Shown one piece after another: positions 48,170 through 60,733 of a stretch of DNA of 64,000 bases. The stretch is from Octopus sinensis (taxonomy: Eukaryota). The stretch spans positions 48,422,001 through 48,486,000 of the forward strand of contig NC_043005.1 of assembly GCF_006345805.1 (NCBI RefSeq), in the 5' to 3' direction. Each line of letters opens with the position of its first letter. The stretch's first letter is position 1. Under the pieces are notes generated by a model. That model searched no databases. It was not told the DNA's origin and worked only from the letters and a program-made list of their open reading frames with translations. The position numbers were made by a program, and so were the translations under genes.

Positions 48170-48640
48170 ACGGCGAACTGGCAGAGTCGTTACTACGCCC
48201 GGCACATTTCTTCGCGGTATTTCGTCTGATTATTAATTAACAGTAATTATCTAAGGCGGTGAGCTGGCAGATTCGTTAGTACACCGGGCGAAATGCTTAG
48301 CGGTATTCTGTCTGTCGCTACGTTCTGCGTTCAAATTCCTCTGAGGTCGACTTTGCCTTTCATCCTTTCTGGATCGTCTAAATAAGTGCCAGTTACGCCC
48401 TCCCCAAACTTCAGGCCTTGTGCCTATAGTAGAAAGGATTAATTAATAATAACTATTATTATTGTTAATATCAATATTATTCATTTCATCCACCTTTACG
48501 TTCTGAGATCAAATTGCACTGAGGATTCCGACTTTGCCATTCATCCTTCCAGGATCAATAAAGCAAGTACCAGTTGAACACTAGGGTCTATGTAATCCTC
48601 CGAAAATTGCTAGCCTTGCACTAAAATTTGAAACTAATAT
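48170..48640 (+). mobile_element. Cluster of plus-strand SINE-A copies and fragments
   Basis: Heads at about 48172 and 48254, and a third body at about 48490-48640. Confidence 0.8.
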
Positions 48641-49192
48641 GCCTCAATACATTTGTCTCCTTTCCCTAATAAATAAGTTTGATCCTTTAAATGTGCATGA
48701 ATGAGTGGATAAGTAAAATCTAAAATATTTCCATCGTTTACATATTTCGATAGCTCCATAGTTTGTTTGTCTTTGTAACATTTCAAGTTTTCCTGAAGTT
48801 ATTATAACGGATTGATGTGATTAAGCTTCACACATACAAACAAATTTTGTTTAATAATTTAACTTAGAATTGGGATCTTTTCCTTTTGATGGGCAACTCG
48901 ATTAATTAATTTTCTTTAACTAAACACTTTGAAACTTTGTATACTGGTAGAATGTGTCATATAGAACATCTTTTACCGTCGTTGGTGGGTTCCAAAGCAT
49001 TTGGGCATGTGGTTGAGGACTTGGTTGATCAGGTGCTGGTACAGAATTCTATAGGAATTCTATAGAGAAAAACTTAAAAGCGAAAGCATCAGACCGCTTA
49101 TACAAGGTATGACACAAAGCAATATTCTTGGTAGGATATTATGATTGAAAAACAAAATATTGTGTCCTTGCCAACGATGAATATGTACATAC

Positions 49193-49311
49193 CAGTTGCT
49201 AAGAATGGTCTATTCAATTGTGTTTCACCACTAAACTTAGTGGCTGTTTAATCAATGTGTTCACGAATACTTGATGGGTTGGATCTAGTACTGATGAATA
49301 AGAAATAGCTC
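49193..49311 (-). other. Candidate exon (119 bp) with strong splice signals but no open frame
   Basis: Acceptor gcgtatttcAG and donor CTG/GTATGT. The best frame, SYFLFISTRSNPSSIREHID*TATKFSGETQLNRPFLAT, has one TAA. Confidence 0.2.
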
Positions 49312-49437
49312 CTGAAATACGCATACACATTCATTGCCCATTTTTTTTCTATCTTCGATTGCATTGTTTACATAGACGTATTTGAAACGTCGTAACTTGC
49401 AATATTGACTGAATTCTAAAGATAATCTACAGAGATA

Positions 49438-49598
49438 GGCGCAAGTGGCTGTGTGGTAAGTAGCTTGCTAACCAACCACATGGTTCCGGGTTCAGTCCCA
49501 CTGCGTGGCATCTTGGGCAAGTGTCTTCTGCTATAGTCTCGGGCCGACCAAAGCCTTGTGAGTGGATTTGGTAGACGGAAACCGAAAGAAGCCTGTCG

Positions 49599-49633
<35 letters not shown>

Positions 49634-49855
49634 ATATGTTTGTGTGTCTGTGTTTGTCCCTCTAGCATTGCTTGACAACCGATGCTGGTGTGTTTACGTC
49701 CCCGTCACTTAGCGGTTTGACAAAAAGAGACCAATAGAATAAGTACTTGGCTTACAAAGAATAAGTCCCAGGGTCGATTTGCTCGACTAAAGGCGGTGCT
49801 CCAGCATGGCCGCAGTCAAATGACTGAAACAAGTAAAAGGGTAAAAAGAGTAAAG
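49438..49855 (+). mobile_element. SINE-B, full length, with 7-bp TSD
   Basis: GGCGCAAGTGGCTGTGTGGTAAG head, GGGTTCAGTCCC B box, internal (TA)n(TG)n and (AAAAGAGT)-like tail. TSD AGAGATA at 49431-49437 and 49856-49862. Confidence 0.92.
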
Positions 49856-50526
49856 AGAGATAAACTTAAAAATTAGTATGTACTACTGTATATAAAACAA
49901 TATGTGCTGATATATGTAAGTTTATTAGTATATGTTGGTGTACGCAAAGGAAATACTATTCGAAAATAAACATAGTAGATAGATAACCGTACCACTGTGT
50001 GCGCACCACTGTAACACTCTAGCGCAAAATATGATTTAGATTTGGTTGCTACTTCTTGCAAATCCTAAACTTACATCGAAGCCAGAGGTTTCTCTTTTTA
50101 GACCAACTAGTTGCTAGACATGTTTTTAAATTATGAAGTACGTGGTAATAGTATAGACAGTCCTCTTGTTACTGTACTTTGTCAAGAGCAAAAGAAAAGT
50201 AATACGCGCTGGTCGATTATTTGCCCTGAGACCCGATTATTGTTACAACAAATATACAAAACTATAGAAATTCAGCAAAAACATATTTCTATGAAGGGAA
50301 GATAACAGAGAACAATAAGATATTGTTTTATTATCTCTCTTTAGTTTGCTTTAAGCAGACATCTAAGCTGTATGAATTCAGTGGTTTTGTAGTGCTGAGG
50401 AATTGGAGTATCTATGTATAATTGTATAATGACTGCTACAACACAAACCAGTTGTTTATTGATGGTAGTTCACAATGTCTAGTAGTGGAAACAAAACAGA
50501 AAATAGGGAAGTTCACCTGAAGAATA

Positions 50527-50645
50527 TATGTATATATATATATATATGTGTGTGTATATATATATATGTATATATATGTATATATATATATGTATTTATG
50601 TATGTATGTATACGTATCCAAATATATATATATACATACACACAA

Positions 50646-50694
<49 letters not shown>

Positions 50695-50864
50695 CATAGG
50701 TATATATACATAGAGATACATAAATACATACATACACACACACTCGTGCGAGCACGCACACACACATATGTATGTGTGTGAGTGTGTGCATATATATATA
50801 TATATATATATACATATATATACATTATATATATATATATATATGCATAAACATATACATATAC

Positions 50865-50928
<64 letters not shown>

Positions 50929-50955
50929 GTATATATACAGATATATGTATATAAA
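50527..50955. repeat. Compound TA/TG/CA microsatellite
   Basis: Direct reading. Confidence 0.95.
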
Positions 50956-50998
50956 GTCATCAGCTATCTGAGTTGAAACAATTCTTTATTTTACTTAC

Positions 50999-51224
50999 TT
51001 CTGAAAAGAACAAAGCTTGTTCTCTATTCTAGTCCTTTTGTCTCTCGGCAGTATCATCTTCTTGGAAATCAAAGAATGTATTGTTTTTCCATGTGCCTTA
51101 CATCTCACTGCTACTGCCACCAGTACCTCTTCCCTCTACTCTTTGTATTGTAGCTTAAGCCAGTCAATTCTTCTTTGCATACTTTCATTGTTTTTTTTTT
51201 CTCCTCTCTTTATTGTATGCACAT
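50999..51224 (-). other. Candidate exon (226 bp) with canonical splice signals and stops in all frames
   Basis: Acceptor tatattcatttctAG and donor GAA/GTAAGT. The best frame has a single TAG. Confidence 0.17.
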
Positions 51225-51424
51225 CTAGAAATGAATATAGTTAAAGCAACTGTTGGTGATATTAATATTATTGTTTCTGGATTGGCGGTTTTTAGTTACA
51301 CGACTCCTTTACCTTCTGATTTCAGTTTCTGTCGGTGGTTGAATGTACCTTTCTTATTACTGAGATCGTTAGACTGACGTATTAATCAAGAACTGATCTA
51401 TATATGATCCTTCTAATATAGGCA

Positions 51425-51812
51425 CGTGGAAGGGCGGCGCGCTGGTTGAAACGTTAGCACGCCGGGCGAAATGCGTAGCCGTATTTCGTCTGCCGTTACA
51501 TTGTGAGTTCAAATTCCGCCTAGGTCGACGTTGCCTTTCTGGATCGATTAAATAAGTACCAGTTACGCACTGGGGTCGATATAATCGGCTTAATCCATTT
51601 GTCTGTCCTTGTTTGTCCCCTCTATGTTTAGCCCCTTGTGGGAAGTAAAGAAACATATATATGATCCCTTTACTGCCCCTTGTGGGCAGTAAAAAATAAG
51701 AATCATTTACGCGCCGGTCTAAATGCATAACACCATTTCGCCCGTCTTTATGTTCCGAGTTCAAATTCCTCCCATAACTGCGAGCCTTGTGCCAAAATTT
51801 GAAACCAATATC
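51425..51812 (+). mobile_element. SINE-A monomer followed by a tail fragment and a second truncated copy
   Basis: Complete copy at about 51425-51656. A restart at AGAATCATTTACGCGCCGG (about 51699) follows a second GGGCAGTAAAAAATA tail. Confidence 0.82.
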
Positions 51813-52059
51813 TATTGCATCTATTTCTACTATTATAGCAGCATCTGTGCCAATCTATTAATAACTTAGATACTCGAAGTAACTATCTCTTTGTCCTAAA
51901 TATATTTTTCGATAGGTTCTTGCCTGAGCAGCAATGCTTTGGGATTTCCTGCACCAATTTCCTTTGTAGACTAGAAACTAGAGACTCTGAAACAAATGCT
52001 ACCTTTTCCAGAATTAATATCCTTATGAAAAACAATCCCGCAATCTCAATGTGTAGTAT

Positions 52060-52250
52060 AAAGTAGCGAGGTGGCAGAATCGTTAATATGCCGGCTAAAA
52101 TGTTTAGGGGCATTTGGTCCGTCTTTACGTTCTGAGTTCAAATTCCGCTCAGGTAAACTTTGCCTTTCATCCTTCGGGATCGGTAAAATAAGTATTATTA
52201 AGCACTGGGATCGGTTTAATGAGCTTACCTCATCACCCGAAATTCGTGTG
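52060..52250 (+). mobile_element. SINE-A
   Basis: AAGTAGCGAGGTGGCAGAATCGTT...TTCTGAGTTCAAATTCCGC...TTTGCCTTTCATCCTTCGGG. Confidence 0.8.
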
Positions 52251-52447
52251 AAATCAGTATCATTGAAATCAGTATCATTGTATAATATAATATTAACAAC
52301 AAAACTATCGTATGAAAAATAAAATCAAGATCTCTAAACAAGTTCAGTACTAGAAGAAGAACTTTAATTGAGGACAACTTAAACCCACAAGAACACGAGA
52401 TACAAAAGATTAACAGTTAGAATACGCATAAAACATATACATCTATA

Positions 52448-52625
52448 GGCAGGTGTGTGACTGTGAGGTAACAAGTTTGCATACCAACCTCATGGTTCTG
52501 GGTTCAGTCTCACTGCGTGATGCCTTGAGCGAGTGTCATCTACTATAGCGTTGGGCCGATCAAGCCCTTGTGAGTGGATTTTGTAGATGGAAATTGAAAG
52601 AAACCCACCATACACACACACACAC

Positions 52626-52683
<58 letters not shown>

Positions 52684-52885
52684 TTAGTGTTTGTGTGTGT
52701 GTGTGTGTGTGTGTGACCACCGCTTGACTGCAAATATCGGTGTGTTTATGTCTCCGTAACTTAGTGTTTCGGCAAAAAGTGCCGATAGAATAAGTATCAA
52801 GCCTTAAAAGAACGCTGGAGTCGATTTGTTCGACTAAAATTCTTCAAAATGCTGCCCCATCATAGCCGAAGTCTAATGACTAAAA
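52448..52885 (+). mobile_element. SINE-B
   Basis: Head, CCTTGTGAGTGGATTTTGTAGATGGAAA, internal CA/TA/TG array and GGCAAAAAGTGCCGATAGAATAAGTA. Confidence 0.82.
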
Positions 52886-52929
52886 CAAATAAAATATAAA
52901 AGGTTCATCATCAGCTGCCTAATAAATAT

Positions 52930-53095
52930 TAGGATTTGGAGTTTCTACAATAGGCACAAGGCAACCCAGGTGTCTAACGGGTACTTATTTTATCGACCCC
53001 AAAGGATGAAAAGCAAAGTCGACCTCGGTAGAATTTTAACTCGGAACGTAAAAACGGGTGAAATATATATTGCCAGTGTTGGATGATGAATCTTT
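52930..53095 (-). mobile_element. SINE-A, internally deleted
   Basis: TTCTACAATAGGCACAAGG...TTATCGACCCCAAAGGATGAAAAGCAAAGTCGACCTCGG. Confidence 0.78.
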
Positions 53096-54004
53096 GTTTG
53101 TCAATTGAACAGACTCCTTTTAAGAACAGTGATTTGGTTGAAGCATTAGAACCGACGTTCTGCATTCTAAGTTCAAATCAAATTGAGATCAACTTGGGTT
53201 TTTGTCAATTTGATGTCAACAAAATAAAGTACCAATACAGAGCTGTGAGTCAGTGGAATTGTAAAAGCGTCGAATGCAATACATTCTGGTGTTCGTTCCG
53301 GCTCTTTGTGTTCTGATTTCTTGGGTGGCAGGGTTAATCATTCACACGATTTAGCATAACCACCCGATCCTTGGTTCCTTAAGCGGAGTTCCCTCTGTTA
53401 CGAGTATATGAGTCAATTCTTTGAAGAACTTCATCTCACCAGTGCTGGGAGACTTTAAACAAAATAAAGGTCACAGTCGCTGTTCTTTCCCAAAGTAGTT
53501 TAAAGAAGCAGTTTCGTCGCAGAATGAGAGAGAGGTTGCCCTTCTTCGGAATAGAGCACGTGCCACATGTTTAAACTTAATCCATGGAAATCCTCGTACA
53601 GAGATAAAGATTCTACATATTTTTATTTAAAGAAACATAATAAAAATATATAATATATCAAATATAGAACTATAAAAATTGGGAAAAAATATGAACAAAT
53701 AAGTTCGTTCAACGATTGGTAAAACCACTTGTTATTACTTTTATGTTGAAACTACTTCAAAATATTAAGTAAATATCTGCTAATTATAACATCTGATAAA
53801 CAAGAGTAATGTCATAGGTCAAAGTAAATCGTAGCAAATAAATGTGAAAGAAATTATCCTACATAATGCAAATACTCCGACTTCAATCCCGAAACTGACG
53901 TCATTTTCTTTATTTCTTTTTCCTCCCAGCCAGTAGGTTATATAAATATAGCGTGTATAGGGCACCGTGATTATGTGAACAAAGACGTTACTACCATTAG
54001 ATAT

Positions 54005-54692
54005 TGCTTTCAAATTTTGGCACAAGGCCAGCGATTTGGGGAGAGGGGTTAAACCGATTACATCGACCCTCAGTGCCCAACTGGTACTTATTTTATCGTA
54101 CCCGAAAGGTTGAAAGGCAAACTTAACCTCTGCGGCATTTGAACCCAGAGTGTAAAGACAAGAGAAATGCTGCTAAGCATTTTTCACAGCGTGCTAACGA
54201 TTCTGCCAGCTCGCCGTCTTACCACCATTAGATGTTGATTTCAAATTCTGGCACACTGCCAGCAGGTTTAGTGAAGGAACGAAGTCGGTTAATCGACACC
54301 AGTGATCAACTGGTACTTATTTTATTGATTCCGAAAGGACGAAAGGAAAAGTCGGCCGCGCCGGAATTCGAACTCAGAACGTAAGAACAGACGAAATGCC
54401 GCTAAGCATTTTCCCTGATGTGCTAACGATTTTGCCAGCTCGCCGCTTCCTACCATTCGTTATTGAAATATTAAAAGCCCTTTCTGCTATAGGTACAAAG
54501 CCTGAAATTTTGGGCAAGAGGACTAGTTAACAATATGTATCCTAGCATTCAACAAGTGCTTACTTTATCGAACCGGAAGCTAAAAGGTAAAGTCGACCTT
54601 GATGAATTTTTAACTCAGGACAAAAAGGGCCAGAAGAAATGCTACTACGCATTTTGTCCGGCATGTTGACAACCCTGCCAGCTCACCACCTT
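54005..54692 (-). mobile_element. Three head-to-tail minus-strand SINE-A copies
   Basis: Heads (GCCAGCTCGCCG/GCCAGCTCACC) end at about 54216, 54446 and 54690. ACCATTAGAT is duplicated at 53993-54002 and 54224-54233. Confidence 0.85.
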
Positions 54693-55444
54693 GATACTGC
54701 AACATTAAAATAACTATCATGAATGAAACCTTGGTAACGGTTTTGCAATAATTTGTTTAATAAAAGGAAAATACATAGGATTAGATGGCATATATACTAT
54801 TCTACTTCGCATAAAACTTTAGCTATATCGATATTTCTGACTCTCATTTTTTAAGTGTTCTGGCGTGTCAATATTTTAACAAAATTATTATGTTCCTCTG
54901 TAAATTAAAATCATACAATTTTTAATATTCAAATTTTATCCTTAGCTGCAATATTTCAAGTTGTATTAAGATAAATATATTTTGCTTTCAAAATAAAAAA
55001 TTGGTGGCGTTACTTACTCTCCTATAACGTTGCTACAAATTTTGATGTAAACTTTTTTCTACGGGATCAAATCTCAATTTTTTATGCCAAAATGTAGCTA
55101 GAGACCAGTCCTCTTCAAAAAAGTTAACAGTTTTCAATTTGGTTAAGAATATGCGACAAGCTCTGAAAAATGCTGCGTGTCAGTAAATTGTGGCCTTAAA
55201 GTTGATCTTTACACCCAATGCAGTTCTGCAGAATCAGTGTCACGACGGGAGCGCATGGGTTGGGCGTTTGATCGGCAGAGGGGATCAGGTTTCACATGCC
55301 AGCCCTTTGAAAACACCACCTCATCATCTATCCCCTCTTTGTCAATGGGTTGGGAACCCTTCTAGCAAGGAAAATAGAATGCCCAAAAGGGCTACCGATT
55401 CTCTGTGTCAGAAGCGGTTATGTTCAGATCACAACTAAGTCTTA

Positions 55445-55445
55445 A

Positions 55446-55489
<44 letters not shown>

Positions 55490-55640
55490 TATATACAATT
55501 TGATTTGAAAACCCCACTGGAATGGGAGAAAGCGCTAATAATCCGAATATGATCTGAATGATATGATATATATATGTAAAAAATGTAATATATAAATAAA
55601 TATCTATAAATATGAACCATCCGATCTGATTACCTCATTC

Positions 55641-55686
<46 letters not shown>

Positions 55687-55729
55687 ATACATAAATATGG
55701 GCAACACACACTCACACACACATACACAC

Positions 55730-55810
<81 letters not shown>
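55445..55810. repeat. (TA)n arrays
   Basis: Direct reading. Confidence 0.93.
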
Positions 55811-55812
<2 letters not shown>

Positions 55813-56399
55813 CTTGAAACATTAGACACTGTAGGAATATAATATAATAGCCTGAATAGACAGGTTAGCCATGTTATAATGCATTTGATAGTAACTCTGC
55901 ATAATCACAGTCGAATTAGAATTAAACAAGAATAGTCCAAATGTTACAAAAGAATGAAAACAAGATGGCATGTATACTAATGCTCGTAAGAAAATAAAAC
56001 GAGACTCCTTATTAATATTATTTTTTAGTTTATCTATTTCACCATTAAGTTTTTTTGTTGTTTTTGTTAGTCAAATTATCTCCAGCTAAAAGTGGAGACG
56101 AGTAAGATATAAAACCTTCTTCGTTATGACGATATAGAAGGAGAATGACCTAAAATATATAAAGCACTAACAAGCAGCTGCAGAATAGATTAAAATAATA
56201 CATGGCTTCCACAAGGATTTAAAAAAATAAATAAACATGGGATTAGAGATATGTAACAATTCGAGAAGGAAAAAAAAGGGTAAAGAAGAAAAAAGTTTTG
56301 GGTGCATATATACAAAGAAAGCATAATAAGATAGAGAAATAAAAGAATTATAACAGAAACATCCATATAAATATTTAGGAGAAAGTAAGTAAATACGAC

Positions 56400-56545
56400 A
56401 GATATGTGTGCGTGCGTTGTATGTGTGTGCGTATGTATGTATGTATATATACATATTTATCTATATGTATATGTGTGTGTGTGTATTTATGCATGTCTAT
56501 ATTTGTATGTATGCGTATATATATATATATGTATATTATACACGC

Positions 56546-56587
<42 letters not shown>

Positions 56588-56663
56588 GTGTATGCGTGTA
56601 TATATATATATATAAAAATATGTAAGTATATATATACGTATTTATCTATGTGTATGTATGTTC

Positions 56664-56694
<31 letters not shown>

Positions 56695-56910
56695 CGTATT
56701 GATCTATATGTATATATATGTGTCTGTGTGTGTGTGTTTATGCATGTCTATATTTGTAAGTATGCGTATACATATATGAATATTATACACGCATATGTAT
56801 ATATATATTTATATATGTATATATGTGTATGCTTGTATATATATAAATATACGTAAGTATATTTATATACGTATTTATCTATGTGTATGTATGTATGTAT
56901 GTATGTGTGT
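56400..56910. repeat. Compound TA/TG microsatellite with internally repeated higher-order blocks
   Basis: Direct reading. Blocks such as TATTATACACGCATATG and TATACGTATTTATCTATG recur. Confidence 0.9.
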
Positions 56911-57029
56911 GTAATTATGAACAAGACTCAGAGCACTAAAGGAAATATATAAGCCTACCAACCCTCTTATGCTTATGTAATACATTATTAGTTTCATTCC
57001 ATTATCTTAGCGAAATAAATAATAAAAAC

Positions 57030-57470
57030 AATTCTTTCTTATTTTAGCACAGAACCAGCAATTTCGAAGGAGGAGGTAAGTCGATTATATTGACCCCAGT
57101 ACTTAACTGGTACTTAGTTTATCGATCCCAAGAGGATGTAAAGTAAGATCGACTTCGACGGAAGTTGAACTCAGAACGTAAAAGCAGAGGAAATGGCGCA
57201 AAGCATTTTGCCCGGCGTGCTAACGATTCTGCCAGCTCGCCGCCTTGCGTAATAATGATCATAATGATTTCAAATTTTGACACAAGGCCTACAATTCCGG
57301 GAGTGGGGACAAGTTAGTTACTTCGACCCCAGTTCTTGACTGGTGCTTATTTTATTGATCCCGAGAGGTAAAATCGACATCAAGGAAATTTAAACTCAGA
57401 TCGTAAAAACGGACGATTTGCCTCTAAGCATTTTTCCTGGCGTACTAACGATTCAACCAGCACGCCGCCT
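57030..57470 (-). mobile_element. Two head-to-tail minus-strand SINE-A copies
   Basis: Heads GCCAGCTCGCCGCCTT (about 57245) and ACCAGCACGCCGCCTT (about 57470). Confidence 0.85.
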
Positions 57471-57495
57471 TAATACTATTACTACTATAATGATG

Positions 57496-57526
<31 letters not shown>

Positions 57527-57739
57527 GAGCACTCAGAGAGCACAAACCTCTGTCAAGGCAACACCAGCATCCTTTCAACGATTAGCAGGTGATTTTTTTA
57601 AATGAGAATATCTGAAATAAACTCGATTGCTCTCACAAATGAGAATACTAAAAATGAACCCGACTGCTCTCAAAAATTAAGTAAAAAAAGATGGGGAAAT
57701 AATCCAGAATCCTTGTCCGGTACCTTATCGATCCGAGTG

Positions 57740-58130
57740 GTAGACATGGGATGTGAAGGTGGGTGTGCGAGCCGTGTTTGTAATATCGTGTGTGTGCCGT
57801 CTGCAGTGGGGACAGGGACAGATTTCTCTATGAAGACCCTTTTTAGTCAATCCACTGATATAGTGACTTTACGACCATTGAGGTCTATAGAGAAAAATTT
57901 ATCCGAGCGTGAAAGAAAATTGAAAGGACTTGCATACGATGCTGTTAACGGAGGTTTAACAACATCGTTGCGCACAAAAACGTGAGTCCAAGAAGTAAAG
58001 CTTCCTTCTCAAGGCAGGGTTGGAAATGCAATTGTCAAGTAAGTAAGAGGTTTTAAACAGGAGCGACATATTCAAAGTTGCTAAAGCTAAACATGGTCGA
58101 GCATAAATCAAATTTGTTATTGTTACTGAA
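57740..58130 (-). mobile_element. Ty3/Gypsy integrase C-terminal (GPY/F module) remnant
   Basis: Minus frame WTHVFVRNDVVKPPLTASYASPFNFLSRSDKFFSIDLNGRKVTISVD*LKRVF matches the HVFVR.D....PL...Y.GPF.V..R..K.F.I..NG...VS.DRLK pattern. Confidence 0.78.
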
Positions 58131-60066
58131 TATGTTAATGTTATTTAATTTATGAACGGTTTTGCTGCCGTTTGTTTATGTAGTTTAATTTCTTTGCCCA
58201 TCAGTTTCTACTAAGATAGAGACGCGAGTAAAATTAATAATAGAGAAACGAAAATAAAACTTTGGAAATAGCAACGCTGCCATAGCGTACATGGAAACCA
58301 TGAGCGTGCTTTCAAGGGAGATAATCAGAGAAAGACTTGAAAGTGAACGTAAGATCGTAATACTTCATGTAAAGTAAAGTAAATATAACAAATAATCCAG
58401 AATTCTTGTCCGATATCGGATCTATCCCAAAATATAATAAGTTCGTGCCAATCACAAGGACCAAAGAATGATCTCTGCATGTTTTATTTAAAGCAGATTC
58501 GGTAACCAACGTTAACAGATATATTTCTGGTTTAACCAATTCCATTGTACTTGCTCCAAGTTCCCAAAGATATCTGTTGTCAATAACCTAAAGATGAGTC
58601 TTCGATGGGCCAATAAGAGACTTATGTATGGCCGTCCGATCTACAAGGAAAAGAAACAGATAGTTAAAACCTCCCTTTAATCACACCCCACCAACTCACA
58701 GACCTGCGAGACGCTACAGCATTCGGAAAATAAAATAACGCAATGTAATCATAGATATACATAAAAACGAAAAAGGCCATGGTTTACTAGATCAGCGCAG
58801 AATTAGATTTGACAGCAACACATTTTGATAGGTCAAGCAGAAAATATATTATGTTATTTAATAAATTATAAATATAACAATTATTTAATAGCCTGTTTGC
58901 GTTGTTGTTTATATAACACAGAGTAATATTAGAGATACCGATATGGGTCGGAAAATTTTGACTCAACTTCATAGATATATTTGTGTACATGTGTATACGT
59001 ATATTTATTTTATGTGCGTGAGTACGTAGGTATAAAATAACAAATTCAACATAAACAACAGTATATATAATATGATATATAACGTATATTCGATCAAACA
59101 TAATGCATATACAATAAAATACTACTTGATACATGTACCATAAAATACATAGCTAATAACACAAATCTTCCATCATAGTTCTTAGATAAAATAAATCTTG
59201 TTCTCCTTACTGCTGTCATTGTTATTTTATTCAATTAATTTTAACGTCAAAACCAAAATATTTGTAATATTTTAGTCATAATGTGCAGACAAGCGTGACA
59301 GTATTAAAATCCATTTTGAAAATATTGGTACCACTGATATTTAACCATTTTGCTTTTCATTCAGAAAATAAATTGGTGAGAATATACCATATAATGGATA
59401 TATTTACTTGATTTCTTTTTCCTTTGTGTTTTAATTTAATTAATGGTCCGAAATTGTGTTTAAAGAGAGGAGCAGTAGCCGGATATAGAGATTCTAATAT
59501 ATTCTGATAATTTTATAATCTTGTACTGGTTACATTCTTTGGATTTACTTCCATTTAAACAGAAATAAATAGCAGGTGTTGTTCGACTCTTTTGCTTCAA
59601 TAACGCCAATACATACACACCACTACTAACTCCTAATAAATGTGTTAAGGGCTTCTTTCTTTCGTTTGTCCACTCATATGTGTGTGTGTGTTTGTGTGTG
59701 TGTGTTTGTTTGTGTGTGTGTGTATGTGTGTACATACAAAAATGGAACAAGAACGCAAAACATCCAGACACACGATACAAGGAAAACAAGGACGGATCAT
59801 TCGGAGTTTTCTATCCTCAGTCGAGTTCCAGATTATCTTTGCAATTTCGGTTGGTTATTCTCAAGATTGCTCCAATCTGGACAGCCCCAAGGAAAAAAAG
59901 CTAAGAGCATTACATTCCTTGGACGAAAGCAGCGAATGTATACGATATAAGGAAAAAAAACAGAAATGTTATACAAATACAAATAACATGACATAACAAC
60001 AGGTGTCATTAAACTAAGGACGAATTAAATTAAGCTGGCGTGTATGAAAGTGTGTGTGTAAGTATG

Positions 60067-60106
<40 letters not shown>

Positions 60107-60733
60107 CATACATACATGCATATATACATATATATATATATATTATATATATATATCGATTTAAAATCCAGCAAGTCAGAAATCAAGTGAGAGAAAACAA
60201 ATACTTTTTAGTTTAAATCCAATTATATATTATAGGCTTAAAGAGTGCAAGCATACATAATGTAATAAGGCAAGAAAAATTTACTGAGAATTACTTCCGT
60301 AGTGGTGGGGGTGGGGTGGCAATTATTAATTCAATTACTGATTCTTGTCAAAATACACAAGGGAGACAAACTTTCCTGAATCCAATAAAAATTTTTTTGA
60401 AATATATATACTCTGTATTTTGTGTTTTCTTTATTACTTATATAATATTTCATATTTGCTACGTTTACACTATTTCTTTCGTTATCTTATTTCCATAAAC
60501 TTTTTGAATGGTTCTTAAGCTTCAGTGTTTTGCTGTCGTTTAGACAAGCTCAACCAAGCTCTGACCCTTATGTCTATGCATATAAAGGATTACATTGATG
60601 AAAGTAGTACTCTTTTCCTTAATTCAAAGGCAAGAGTGTGATTTGAGGGCAATTTGGCTTATATTTTTAGCAGATTGAGTGGCTGGATATAAGATCTCTC
60701 GACTGTGTTCATCTATATATATAAACGTATTTA

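Noticed and set aside
55200-55362. 50-codon minus frame after a strong acceptor (KGSQPIDKEGIDDEVV...)
   Set aside because: It ends in a stop with only weak donors. The GC-richer segment is as likely to be a repeat fragment.
57602-57985. 127-aa plus-strand ORF
   Set aside because: It is the antisense shadow of the minus-strand Gypsy integrase remnant.
59790-59830. Minus-strand CUGAGGA...CCGAAUG hammerhead-like string
   Set aside because: Stem II has only about 2 bp, A15.1 is missing and stem I does not pair.
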